Assembly (NCBI RefSeq): GCF_036321535.1
Contig: NC_087436.1
Coordinates: 5,952,001 to 6,016,000, forward strand
Origin: Camelus dromedarius
Lineage: Eukaryota
Length of the DNA: 64,000 nt
Reading direction: 5' to 3'
The notes below the pieces were generated by a model. It did no database searches. It was not told the DNA's origin and worked only from the letters and a program-made list of their open reading frames with translations. Positions 34,677-46,527 of this stretch are shown here, one piece after another (the stretch's first letter is position 1; the number at the start of each line of letters is the position of its first letter). The position numbers and the translations under genes are program-made.

Positions 34677-37600
34677 TTACATGAATTGTTATTGAGTGTT
34701 GGAAAATAATATTTTCTATTAGTTTCCACTAGCCACTTGGGAATAATTAAAACAATTGTTTGTCTTTCAAATATATTAAAGAATTCTATCATAATGTTAA
34801 AAAAATAAGAAGTTATCAAAAACCCTTTAAACAGAACTTGACACTTAACGTAACGCCAAGTGTTTGTAAGTGTCAGATACCATGGTAAGTATTTTCCATA
34901 TTGTCTCGTTTACATATTATAATAATTCTATGACATAAGTACCATAGAATAGAATGAAAACGGAGACGCAGAGAGCTCCATGTACCTGTCCCACAGCGAG
35001 CTGCTGATCTGGGATCTTAATTCCAGTTTGTCAGCATCCAGCAGCTCGGCTCTGACCATTGTGGGGGCTGGTGTTACCTGTTCAAGTATCTGCTTTTCCT
35101 CTGACAGGGTCCCTTCCAACCTCACCGACTCCAGGCTTGGTCATACGACTGAGTTCAGCAAAGGGGTGTTGGGGATTGACATGTGTAGTTTCCAAAAGGG
35201 AGATTTACAAGCCATCACATAGTTCCCCAACTTCCTGTTTCCCCCTTTCCCTGAGCCTCACAGGGTCCCCAGGGGGGCTGCTCCTACAGTGTGGGGTCTC
35301 AGGGGATGCTGACACGGGGCAGGTCTCCAGACAGCGATGCCCAGACAGCTGTGCTCACTGTCACGTGTCATTGAGCTCTCTGGGTTATTTTGTGCAGTAG
35401 CGCAATTCAGCCTAGCTTGACAGACACCCACACGACTCCACCTGTGCCTCTGTTTGCTTCTTCCTCCTGCTAAGTAGAGACATTTATTTGTAATGTAAAT
35501 TTTTTCTTTGCTGCCAATAAGCTAGAACAAATCAAAATTTCCATCCTTGCACAGTATTCTGAATACCTCATAAAGCCCTTTGGTAAGCTCTGTAACTGTA
35601 CAGCATAATTAAACAATGAGGGCAGGAGAATTATAAGATGCCCACCCTGCTAGGAGACAGTACACAGAGCATCTCACATACAAATAGAGATACTTTTTAG
35701 AGATTTATTTTCCATCATCCACCGTTAATCGCGCCTCCCTTGCTGGCTGGACCAACTAAACGTTGTCCGCGAGCCCATTTTAGGACAGATTCTGTTGACA
35801 GGCGCAGCTCCGCTCTGAAGACTGCTTCACCCTCAGTGCTATGATGTTGCCCCGCCTCTCACCCTCCTTCCTTTAAAACGGTACTTACACCCACTGCCGC
35901 CCGCCGGGATGCTTTGGCCGAAGAGCAAAGACTAAAGCGTGATTCATCTAGTTTTTAGTCTCCTGGACTTTTTTCAGTGGGCCAGTAGGATCACAGGAAT
36001 TAGGGATGAAAATGATCAGTTGCTTTTGCATTCAGTATATTTTTGTAACCACAGTCAGCAGCTCCTTAACAATGTGGATGAATAAAAAAGGAGAGGTGAG
36101 TCCAAACCCTCTGTTATGGGTAATCAACAACCCACAGACCTAAGTGGGGGGCGTGAGCTGTATTTGGAAGGAGTGCCTGATAGACGTCACTATCACCTGA
36201 TTTTAAGTTCTGTCTCTTTTGGCTCAGCTTGTGTTTGTTGATTTTGTTTTAGTTAAAATTAAAAACAAAACCAAGGTAAACAACTATGAATTTCTCATTT
36301 GCAGCCATCTATGTGCATGGGAAGTGACTTACTGATGCTCTAATTGAACAGTCATTGCTCGGTCTTCATCAGACGTGCCCTGGTATCTTCCACGGTCAGC
36401 CCCTGACATGGCGCCAGGCTGTGAGCAGCTTTGTAGACAAGGGTACTGCTTCTTTGCTGAGAGCATCCATGTACCACACGCCTGTACACAGACTGAATGG
36501 ACACTTCAGGCATCCATGTAAATGGATTTTCAGTGTTTACTATAGCCTCTTCTTTGAGGTTTATTTAGTAAATTATGGTACAAGGCAAAGTTCAGATATA
36601 TTTCAGAATCAAGATTTGGTTTGATCTTATAAGCTTATAATATGCCAAAAAAAAAAAACCAAAGACTGTAACTGGACTAATGAAAACACATTATACCTAG
36701 TAAAAATAGGAAGATAAAGCTCTAGTAATTTTTAAAACAATGAGGCAAAAGACCACACAGGACAACATCAGTGAATTCTACTCTCATCAGGGCCTCACTC
36801 ATCCGCAGATCTCCCTGAGAGCCTGGGGAGCTCCACGTGGCAGAATCACAATGATGGCATAGGATGTGGGTCCCGAGAGAGGACTCACCCTGGAGAAGGA
36901 AACAGAAGGAGTTTGGTCCAAAGAACTGGGTTTCACAACAGGGCTTTGGCAGAAGGGAGGAAAGGCATGCATATAAGAGGGGCTGATATCCGAATAATGA
37001 CCGTGCTCGCCAATAGCTGCTCCCACGTGGAAGATGCCTACTTCCAGTCACACCCCATTTCAAGTTCTGAGAAGCAATTTTCTTCCTTATTTCATATAAA
37101 ATGGCTCTTCTAGTGTCAGGACCGAGCTCCCACACAGCCATGAGGGTGGGCAGCACACAACGAACAGGCCAACTTTGCAGAAGGTGGTACATTTCAGAGC
37201 AGTATGTTTATTCAAGTGGGGTCATTTCCCTCCGTTATCTGCTTATCAAAATCCTTTCTATCCACGGAAGATAATATTGGAAATTAAAAAAAAAACAAAT
37301 AGATGAATAAAACTTTAAGTAATACTTTAATTTGAAAACATGGATCTCAATTTCCAAAGGTAGTTAATGAGAATATTTGAGTGGAAAAAAAAAATTGTCA
37401 ATAGTGACCGCAAAGCATGAATGTAGCCATTATCCTGTATTTGTAAAGAGAGGTTAAAAATATCTCCTTACCCACTTATAGTAAAATTTCAGCAAAAACT
37501 ATATTTAATACTGTATCTATTCATTGCAAAGTTGTTTCTGATTTGGTCTGCTTTCCAAAAGGAAAAGAGATTTACTGTAATTTACAGAGATATCTTTGAG

Positions 37601-38469
37601 GCATCTATCTCCCACCCTAGACAGTCTACTTGTTATTTGAGAATATTTTTTTATAGAAAAGTATATTTCGGTAGAAAATTGTATTTGTTCACTTAAAGTC
37701 AAACTAAGTATATCCCCAAAGCCTAGCTTAAAACTTGGGACATGTATGTGCATAGAATATGTATTTGCTAATTGACTGAGTTAGATGGAAAGTAAGAATG
37801 ACATTATGTGGCAGTTAACATTTGGGGTAGCTTGCAGCTCCAGGTTATAATTCCATATGAGACAAATTGGAAATTGGGAACCTGTGTGTGTGTGTGTGTG
37901 TGCACGCGCACACATGCATTTTCACGGATTTTGGATTCAAAAATAGTTCTTAGCTTTGGAAGTAAGAAATTGTATAGACGGTATTTTTTTTTTTTCCGGG
38001 TCCATTTTGAACGAAGTAAACAGATACAGAACAAAACCTCATGGGCTATGACTCTGATCTCTATCAAAACATTTCACAAAGGCTACAGTCAACAGGAAAA
38101 TTAAAGAAAATTGACCAGATATTGATGTAAGTCTTCTAAAAGTAAAGAATAAGGGTTAAAATTGTTACTTAGAATCATTCATCTTTTTATCATTTATAAA
38201 AAGGGAAATTTCTTCTTAAAATGTGGCCAGTCAGCTTTCTTTCTGACAGACTGTGCAGTCTTTGGCACCAGTTCAAATACTGCACAACAAATGGAATTTC
38301 CATTCCTTTCTGGAGATGAGAGAGTTTGATGAACAATTGTGAGAATTGTAGGGTGAATTACTCCATTCCCAGGCTCAGGAAACAAACCTGATGATGTATA
38401 TTTAAGTAAATATATGTAATTCTAATGCTCTAAATTTATTATCGATGCACTATAAGATTTGTATCTTTT

Positions 38470-38590
38470 CAAATAGAAATAAATGAAAAACGAATATATG
38501 TTTATGTACATGCATGACTGGGACATTGTGCTGCACACCAGAAATCAACACATTGTAACTGTCTGTACTTCAATAGAAAAAAAAAGAAAT
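38470..38590 (+). mobile_element. L1 3' tip
   Basis: gactgggacattgtgctgcacaccagaaatcaacacattgtaactgtctgtacttcaat plus A tail. Confidence 0.85.
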
Positions 38591-39849
38591 GAAAATATTT
38601 AAAAAGGAAACAACAGTTCAATTCTCTAGATATGTAAGAAGAGATAGATTAGAAATCACAGGGGTGTATTTAAAGCTCTGAATAGTGTTTTCATTTTCAG
38701 AGAATCAAAATAATGTAACTGAAATCTCTTTCACGTTTGCTGAACACTATTATTGCTCTATTAGCATTTTGGATTACAGATGGAAAAGGAAACTTTGTAC
38801 ATGTCTAAGAATTTCCAAACAGTAAATGAAGAGCCAAGAATAAAATGTCGTTGATTCACAGTTCCAAATATCTTACTTCCTCTGCTTGAAAAGATGACAG
38901 CAGCCTTCTACAGAAAATCGTAGTCTGATTATGTAACTATCGTCAGTTCAAATAAGCAATGGTCTAAGCGCACTTACACACCCAAGATTAAAAGTAGTGT
39001 TATTTCAGGAGCTATGTTCTTCATTTTGGGGAAAATAACTTATTGGGAAAAAGTTCTAGAAAATCATACACCAAATTAGACTTTTCTGAATAACCAGATG
39101 ATTCCATGCAATAACCACAGCCTTGATTAAGGAGCACACACTCCAAACTTCAAACTTTCATGGCTGTTAAATAACCTTCCCGGCAACAAACTTTATGCAA
39201 ATACAGGCAGTGAGAGAAAACTGCTTCTGAAGACTGCAGTGTGCATTTAAGTAAACAGCTATGGAAGGCAAAAATGTGGTTTTCAGATTCTCCTAAATGA
39301 TTTCTTTCTAGAAACTCCGAACTCAGGATGCTGATACACTTAAGAACACTAATTGCAATTCAAGGTGAGCAAAGGTAGCAACTGGAATTTTGCGCAGATT
39401 TCTACAGGTTATAACCTAATAATTCACTGCCACTTTAAGAATATATTTTTTGCACTTGCCTTATTTTTTGAAAAAAAGTTTGTAATTCCTTAAAATGAGT
39501 TCATTCTTCTTGTTTTCTTGTGCAGTAAGTTCTTGGACAGGCCATTCCTTGTTCGCCAAAGATGAAAAGATAGACTTCCCCAGCTAAGCGCCAGGGAAGA
39601 ATTTAGAAATCCACCAAAAAAATCACCTCCTTTTGTGTATGTGTGTGCATTGCATCGTGGTTCAAAGAGCTGTGTTTGGCTTTTGAGGAAGTGCTGCATT
39701 AAGGACAATCTTTGCATTTGAAAAATTTCCCTTCCCCCCTTGGCTATAAAATCAGACTCCCTTGTAATGCAATGGCAGAATCACTGACTGTGTCCTCACA
39801 GTGAAGGATAAGTGCTTGTGGGAGCCTAGGCTGGTAAAAAGAATGCAGG

Positions 39850-40060
39850 TATTAACTACTAGATATAAAATAGATAAATATCAAGGTCCTACTGGACAGC
39901 ACAGGGAACTATATTCAGTATCTTGTAATGTCCTATAATGAAAAAGAATCTGAAAAGGAATATATACATATAACTGAATCACCGTGCTGTACACCAGAAA
40001 CTGACACTGAACATTGTAAATCAACTATATTTTATTTTTTCAATTAAAAAAAAAAAGAAA
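39850..40060 (+). mobile_element. L1 3' UTR fragment
   Basis: cagcacagggaactatattcagtatcttg...poly(A). Confidence 0.88.
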
Positions 40061-40255
40061 ACAGGAAGGTATAATCCTTCTGGAAGTGGTGGTTACCATT
40101 GTGACCCACATAAAACCAATCGCATTTGGGGAAAAACAAAAATTCATGGTCGACATATTATTAAAAAGCTTAATTGAAAATGTTAGATTAAAAGATGTAA
40201 GTAGACGTTTCCATACTTATACTCAAATCTCCACGGATCACCTCCAGCTCCGCAT

Positions 40256-40258
<3 letters not shown>

Positions 40259-40301
<43 letters not shown>

Positions 40302-40314
40302 CGCGCGCGCGCGC
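40259..40314. repeat. Compound (GT)17(GC)11 microsatellite
   Basis: Counted directly. Confidence 0.95.
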
Positions 40315-40706
40315 AAGCCACTCCGAGAACTCGGATCCACATTTCCCCATAAGGCTAAATAAATATGCTGCGTGTGACTTCTTCTTCCTCGGAGCAAGCC
40401 GTTCTATCTTTGGAGACAACTCCAGCCATTTTCAATATGGGCCCCAGGTAACACCATGCAATTTGAAAATCAGTATTTTACTTCAGGCCACAGACTCAGG
40501 CAATGAGCTCTTGTCTTATCTTCCCCAATTCAGCGATATTTGAGTCATACATTATCTTTGGTAGATATTTTAAACATACAACATGACTTTATTTCTTTTA
40601 TTTCTTTTTTGCACTCATTTTATCTCTCTTCTTTTCCTTTTTTTTTCCCCCTTGCTTCTTTGTTGGGCAGAAGAGAAAGTCATGTTTATTAAAGTTTCAG
40701 TTTTCT

Positions 40707-40904
40707 GGGGGGTGGGCATAGCTCAGTGGTAGAGTGCGTGCTTAGCATGCAGGAGGTCCTAGGTTCAATCCCCAGTACCTCCATTAAAAATAAATTAGAT
40801 AAACAAACAAATAAACCAACAAACCTCCCCCGCAAAAAATAATAATAATAATAATAATAAAAATTAAAAATGAGATAGACACTTTAAAAAAAAGAAAGAA
40901 TGAA
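40707..40904 (+). mobile_element. Vic-1-type SINE with TSD
   Basis: tRNA-Ala(AGC)-like head, A-rich tail; imperfect TSD aaagtttcagttttct (40691-40706) / aaaatttcaattttct (40905-40920). Confidence 0.92.
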
Positions 40905-41129
40905 AAAATTTCAATTTTCTGTATGGCGTTTGATTATGGCAAAGTCAAGGATACTGATCCTTGAATCTAAACAGAGCATAAACTCAGAGATTTAGATTTG
41001 GTGATTTTGTTTCTAAAATGTAGATTTCATATTCTTAATTATTAAAGCTTATAACTTATTTTTTGTTATAGTGAAACATTTGAATACTGAGTAAAATCTT
41101 CCAAGAATGTGTTTTGTTTTGTTTTTTCT

Positions 41130-41850
41130 TTTTAAAATTTGTTTACTCCATTCCATTAAGGAAATCTTTATGCACAATTAGATGTATGCATTTTAAGCGT
41201 AGAGATGGACGGGTTTTGACCCTGGAAACACTACAATCCGGATACTGCCCACCTTCCATGTGCCCTTCAGCGGTCAAGCCCCCACCCCGCCAGTCTGGCC
41301 CCAGGTAAGCGTGACCTTCCCGTTACTGTTGGTTAGTTTTACGTGTTGAAGAATTTCGCGTAAACGAAATCACACACTATATCCTGCTGTGTGTCAGCCT
41401 CCTGCGTCGCAGCACATTTTTGGGATTCGTGCACATTGTTGTGTGCATCAGCAGTTTACCTCGTTTCACTAAAGAGCTGCGTTCCATTACACGAAGTACC
41501 GTTTGTTTATCCATTCGTGATGGATGGATATTTGGCTTGTTTCCATTTGGGGGCTAATAGGAATAAAAGTTACTCTATTCACCTGTTGGTGTCCAACTCT
41601 GGGCTGGAACATAACGTGCAAACGTGTGCTGTCATTTAACGTGTGTAAATACCTAGGAGTGGAATGGCTGGACTTTCCCACAGGGGTTGTATGTAACCTG
41701 CACCTGCCATCACCAGCACGTGGGAGCTGTGCCTGCGCCCTGGCCTCCCCAGCACGTGGTGTGCAGTCTTCTCAACACCCACATGTATCTCATAGGGCTG
41801 TGCTTTATGTTATCTAATAAATAACGCTGTTAAGCGCCAGCTGTGTACAC
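41130..41850 (-). mobile_element. Ancient L1M (MB/ME-type) 3' fragment, unusually CpG-rich
   Basis: tttgtttatccattc..gatggatatttggcttgtttccatttgggg..gtaaatacctaggagtggaatggctgg. Confidence 0.8.
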
Positions 41851-43689
41851 AATAGCATCCCTATCATAGTTCTTCCTAGAGAGTTAGTAAATACGGTCCT
41901 AAAATATTAACTCAGAGGTATGGTAATTAACCATAGGTATCAATGCCAAAAAAGATCTTAACTTTTCACTGTTTCCTCATTATGCAATATAATACAGAAT
42001 ATATTAATTGCCTGGTATTTAGAGATTAAGCATTTCTGGTAATTTGTGTCTTCCTAATGATTTTTAAATTTTATGTAATTGTCAAATTTATTGTCACAAA
42101 ATTCTTTAAAATATCACCTTATTGTCTTAATATCTGTAAACTTGGGAGCTCTCTCTTTCACTTCTGACTTCGGTCATTTGTGTCTTCATTCTTTTGTTTT
42201 CTATCAGTCTAGCTAGAAGTTTATTCATTTCTGACCTTTGGAAAAATCCTTTGATTTTTTTGATTTTCCTTATTATTTACTTGTGTTCTAGTAACCTTGC
42301 ATTTAAGGTTTCTTTTTTCCCCTCATTTCACTAAGTGTTAATATAAAGCATTTTAGATGTTTCTTTTTTTCTAATATAGTTATTTAAAGCCTTAAATTTC
42401 CTTCTAAACATTGTATTATCTGTATCTCACAAATTTTGAAATACTTGTTTTTATTTTTATTCCAATCAGAATATTTTAATACCTTGGTAAATTGCCCTTG
42501 ACTCATGTTTATACAGAAGTGTTTTGATTAATGGACAAATATTTGGTAATTTTCTGCTGTCAATTTAAAATGTAATTCTGTTATATGCAAAATATAATCT
42601 TTGTAGTTTCAGTCCTTTTAATTTATTAAGACATGCCTTATACTCCAGAATCTATTTTGATGAGTTGTTCATACACTTTTGGGAAGAATGTTTATTCTGC
42701 TGTTGCTGAATAAAAATTTCACAAATGTCAACTAACTTGCATTGCTTAATACTCTTTCAAGTCTTCTTTGTCAAATCACTGAGAGGGAAGTGTTATAATG
42801 TCTACATATAATTGTGGATTTTTCTATTTTGCTTTTCAGTTCGGTTGGCTGTTGTGTCCTGCATTTTGAAGTTTTGTTAGTACGGGCCCACACATTCCGG
42901 GTTGTAATATCTTCTTAATTACTTTCCCACTTTATCATTTTGTAATTTTTTTTCAAGTATAATTCCTTGTCCTAAAGGTTACTTTCTCTGATGTTAATAT
43001 AGTTATGCCTGTGTCTTCATTATCAGTGGTATATTATACATGAATGCATATTTCTATTTTAGTTTTATTATAAAACCGCATCTTTGTCTTGACATTTGAA
43101 ATGCAGTTTTGTAGGTCGTACAATTGGGTCTATCTATTTTATTCAGTGGGATAATCACTCCCTTTTAATTAGAGTCTTTATAGCACTTCTTTTAATTTAA
43201 TTAAGAATATGGTTGAGTTAAAATCTACTGCTTCATCATTTGCTTTGTACTTAAACCTCTGCTACCTTCCCTCTTCTAGACTTACTGTTTATTATTCTAT
43301 TTTATTTTTTTATTATCTTACAGAAATAAATTTTATTTAATTTTTAATGGCCATTCTTAACTTACCATACTCTGCCTTCAATTAATGTTACCCCACTTCA
43401 GGTAAAATGTAAAAAAAAACAATCTCAACAACCATATAATTACATCCCATCCTTTTTGCTTTTGTTTTCATAAACAGGATTTATTTTGTATGTTATACAT
43501 ATGGTGCAAACTCCACAGTATGCTTTCTATTATTTTTGTTTCAAAGAGTCATTTATCTTTCTTAGAAATTAAGAAAAAAAGTTGACACATTATATTCAAT
43601 CATGTATTTACCATTCCCAATGCTATTAATTTCAGAAAATCCAAGTTTCCATCTGGTACCACTGTCCTTCCACCTGACGGACTCTATTT

Positions 43690-44176
43690 TCTTTATTTAT
43701 TTAATTTAGTTTTTAATTGAAGTATAGTTGATTTACAATATTTTGTTAATTTCAGGTGTACAGCACTGTGATTGGGTTACACATATATGTACGCATACAT
43801 CTGTATTATTTTCTTTTTCATTATAGTTTATTACAAGATGTTGAATGCATTTCCCTGTGCTACACAGTCAGTCCTTGTTGTTTATCTCTTTTATATACAG
43901 TATGTGTATCTGTTAATCCCAGACTCCCAATTTACCCTCTGCCTCTTGCCCTTTGATAACCATGAGTTTGTTCTCTATGTCTGTGAGTCTCTTTCTGTTT
44001 TGTAACTATTGTTTAGGTTCCACATATAAGTGATATCATATGATATTTGTCTTTCTCTGTCTGACTTACTTTGCCCATCACCAAAAAGTCTACAAATAAT
44101 AAATGCTGGAAAGGGTGTGGAGAAAAGGGAACCCTCCTACACTGCTTGTAGGAATGTAGTTTGGTGCAGACACTAT
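43690..44176 (-). mobile_element. Young L1 3' end with a short inverted ORF2 piece
   Basis: Antisense 3' UTR to about 44071, then sense aaaaagtctacaaataataaatgctggaaagggtgtggagaaaagggaaccctcctacactg. Confidence 0.85.
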
Positions 44177-44308
44177 ACAGGGCTCCCTTAAATACTTTCT
44201 GTAGTGCAAGTCGGCTGGGGACAAATTCTCTCTACTTTTGTTTGTTTGAAAAATCTATATTTTGCCCCTTTTTTCACACGCATTTTTGCTGAGTGTGGAA
44301 TTTAGGCT

Positions 44309-44396
44309 GGAGGCTGAGAGTACAGCTCAGTGGTAGAGTGCCTGCTTAGAATGCATGAAGTCCTGGTTTCAATCCCCAGTATCTCCATTAAAAAAA
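44309..44396 (+). mobile_element. Vic-1-type SINE (short form)
   Basis: agctcagtggtagagtgcctgcttagaatgcatgaagtcctggtttcaatccccagtatctcca plus A tail. Confidence 0.88.
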
Positions 44397-45045
44397 CTTT
44401 TTTTGGTTGAAAGATTTTCCTTTTAGCACTCTGACAATGATATTTCATTGTTTTCAGCTTGTGTTATCTTTGTCCCTCTCTAAATAATTGACCTTTTGCT
44501 CTAAATTGTGTAAGAGATTTTTCATTCACTGCTGGTATATGAGTACCTTAAAAATGATTTCTCTAGAACTCCTCCTTATAGCAGAGTATCTTTAAAATAT
44601 AATTTCAAAAAAATGTTCAGGAGTATGCATTTTATCTATTTTAAAAAATAACTGGATGTATGTCAATTTCACTGTAATATCATTCATTAGAAATTCTCAA
44701 TCACGAAAAATTTAATATGGCTTCAAATTGTTACTTAATAATGGCCATCTTTATACATTTTAAAATCCTAAAAATGTTTTCTACAGGAACTTTTCCCCAT
44801 GTTTTATAGTCATCGTACTTTCAAAGGTCACAAGTGAAAAGTTCATCAGATTCATAGTGGCTGATGCTGTACTGCATCCAAGTTCCCACCGTGTTCCTTC
44901 ACTGTCTTTACTTTTATCACATAGCTACTTATAAGGTCTTCAGATTTTTAAAACTAATTAAGCAAAAAGAGCATCAGTTCCTTTAGAATTTACTTGTTCT
45001 TTGTCTTTGTGTCTAGGAGAGTGTTTATAGCCTGTTTTCCCCTAG

Positions 45046-45162
45046 CTTCCCACTGAGGATACTCCCCCCACTGAGGATGCTCCTACTTGAGGATTCTCCC
45101 CCACTGGGGATGCTGCCACCTGAGGATGCTTCTCCCTGAGGATGCTCCCTCCCTGAGGATGC
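45046..45162. repeat. Minisatellite, about 7 units of 16-18 bp with core CTGAGGAT
   Basis: Seen directly. Confidence 0.85.
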
Positions 45163-45845
45163 AGGAGGAGGACAGGCTTGGTCCCTCTGTGTCTGTGAAT
45201 GATCAGCCACTGCAGAGACCACTGAGTGACTCTGATTTCCACCCTGTTCACTGCACAGAGCCAAGCCCCTCTAGACACAGGTTTGGTGTCTACACAAATT
45301 CAGCCTGTTGTATACACAGGAAAAGGGATAGTTACTACCCAGAAACTGGCAGAATAAAAATTGCATATTTACATCGTCTTCCCCTAACTATAACTCCGGC
45401 TAATCCTGGGCAAAAAGTTCTAAAAATACAGAGATTTTTCAGACCCACTCAGCTCCACTCGTTAAGGCTTCTCAGAGTCTATTTCACATATCTCTAATGG
45501 AAAGATTCAATAGTAGGTATTTTACAGTACTTTAAAAAACTGTTTTGTGTCCCTTTCAAAATGAGTCAATCAAAGAGTGAAAAGTGTCGGGGAAAGTAAG
45601 TCTGCTCTCCATGCTGTGACACCTGTATATGGTACCTGTGTTAGTCTATTGTCAGCAGCCCAGGGCAACCTCCCTTTTTTGTGTATATGGCTCATATGTT
45701 CTGTCTTCTGTGTCCTCTGCACTGTTTCTGTTTTCTGACCCACTTTCTGCTAGTGGGAAAAGTTCCTCAAATTTAACTTTTGGGACAGGAAGGCTAATTT
45801 TTAGATTGGATTGGAGATGAAGGTACTTCCTAAATTGCCCTGAAG

Positions 45846-46527
45846 TGCTGCTTCGAGTGCAGCTCGGGACTGTGCCTGAGGACGGGCGACGGAAGACTTA
45901 AGAAACAAAGAGACAAAGTAAAGAACAAAGATGGGACCAGGGGGCTCAAGATCTTATGGATCTAGAGCTCTGAAAGCCTGGTCGACACCACATTTATTAG
46001 GAGTACACGGCTCAGAAAAAAATGTGATCAAAGAGATGGGGCTTTAGATATTCCGTGCGATAAGCACTAAGTTCTGCTTGCTGGTTAACTGATGAATTTC
46101 AGGCCTATCCCTTGCAGGAACAATCACCCTCCTCGGGGGATGCAAAATTTCTAAGTCTATCCTGTTACTGCCTCCGGGACATCTCGAGATAGCAAATGTT
46201 TCCCCTGGGTTTAACCTCTTGCTTTCATGCCAGAACCAAGTTCTGTTAATGGATGATCTGGCTTTCCAGGTCCGTCCACTGTTTCACCCTAAGGAAATAT
46301 CTGCCCTGCTTTGTGCTCTTATGGTCAATCTCAGGATTTCTCCTAACAAATTTTCTTTAGCATAGTATGTACATAATGCTATAGGTCATCTATTATGTAG
46401 AACATTAAAACAAAGCAAGCATGTGCATTTTAAGCAAGTAAGTGTGAATATAATATTTTAAGCTCCTGGAAATTTAGGTGCAGCTTGTTTTCTAGTTGCT
46501 TGTTTTCCGGCGGCTTGTTTCCCAGCA
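45846..46527 (-). mobile_element. Young solo LTR, ERV2/betaretrovirus-like
   Basis: TGCTG...CAGCA termini; perfect 6-bp TSD CTGAAG at 45840-45845 and 46528-46533. Confidence 0.92.

Larger units (their letters stand above)
41900..44520 (-). mobile_element. Ancient L1M body, interrupted by a young L1 and a SINE
   Basis: T-rich antisense L1 motifs (cagtctagctagaagtttatt; aatttcc..ctaaaca; gaagaatgtttattctgctgttg; attgtggatttttctattt). Confidence 0.75.

Noticed and set aside
34986..35059. Resemblance of MVRAELL..LWDR to the DAPP1 N-terminus
   Set aside because: Only a few residues match, and no SH2 or PH exons appear downstream on the minus strand
36722..37192. 156-aa minus-strand ORF
   Set aside because: No recognisable domain or exon context; a length like this can arise by chance in 64 kb
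40707..40783. tRNA-Ala(AGC) genes (also near 10.7, 10.8, 11.2, 19.6 and 44.3 kb)
   Set aside because: A-rich tails, TSDs and mismatched stems show they are SINE heads
19756..46527. A single 26-kb provirus bounded by the two similar LTRs
   Set aside because: Each LTR has its own TSD, and the interior is ordinary genomic DNA with no matching gag/pol/env
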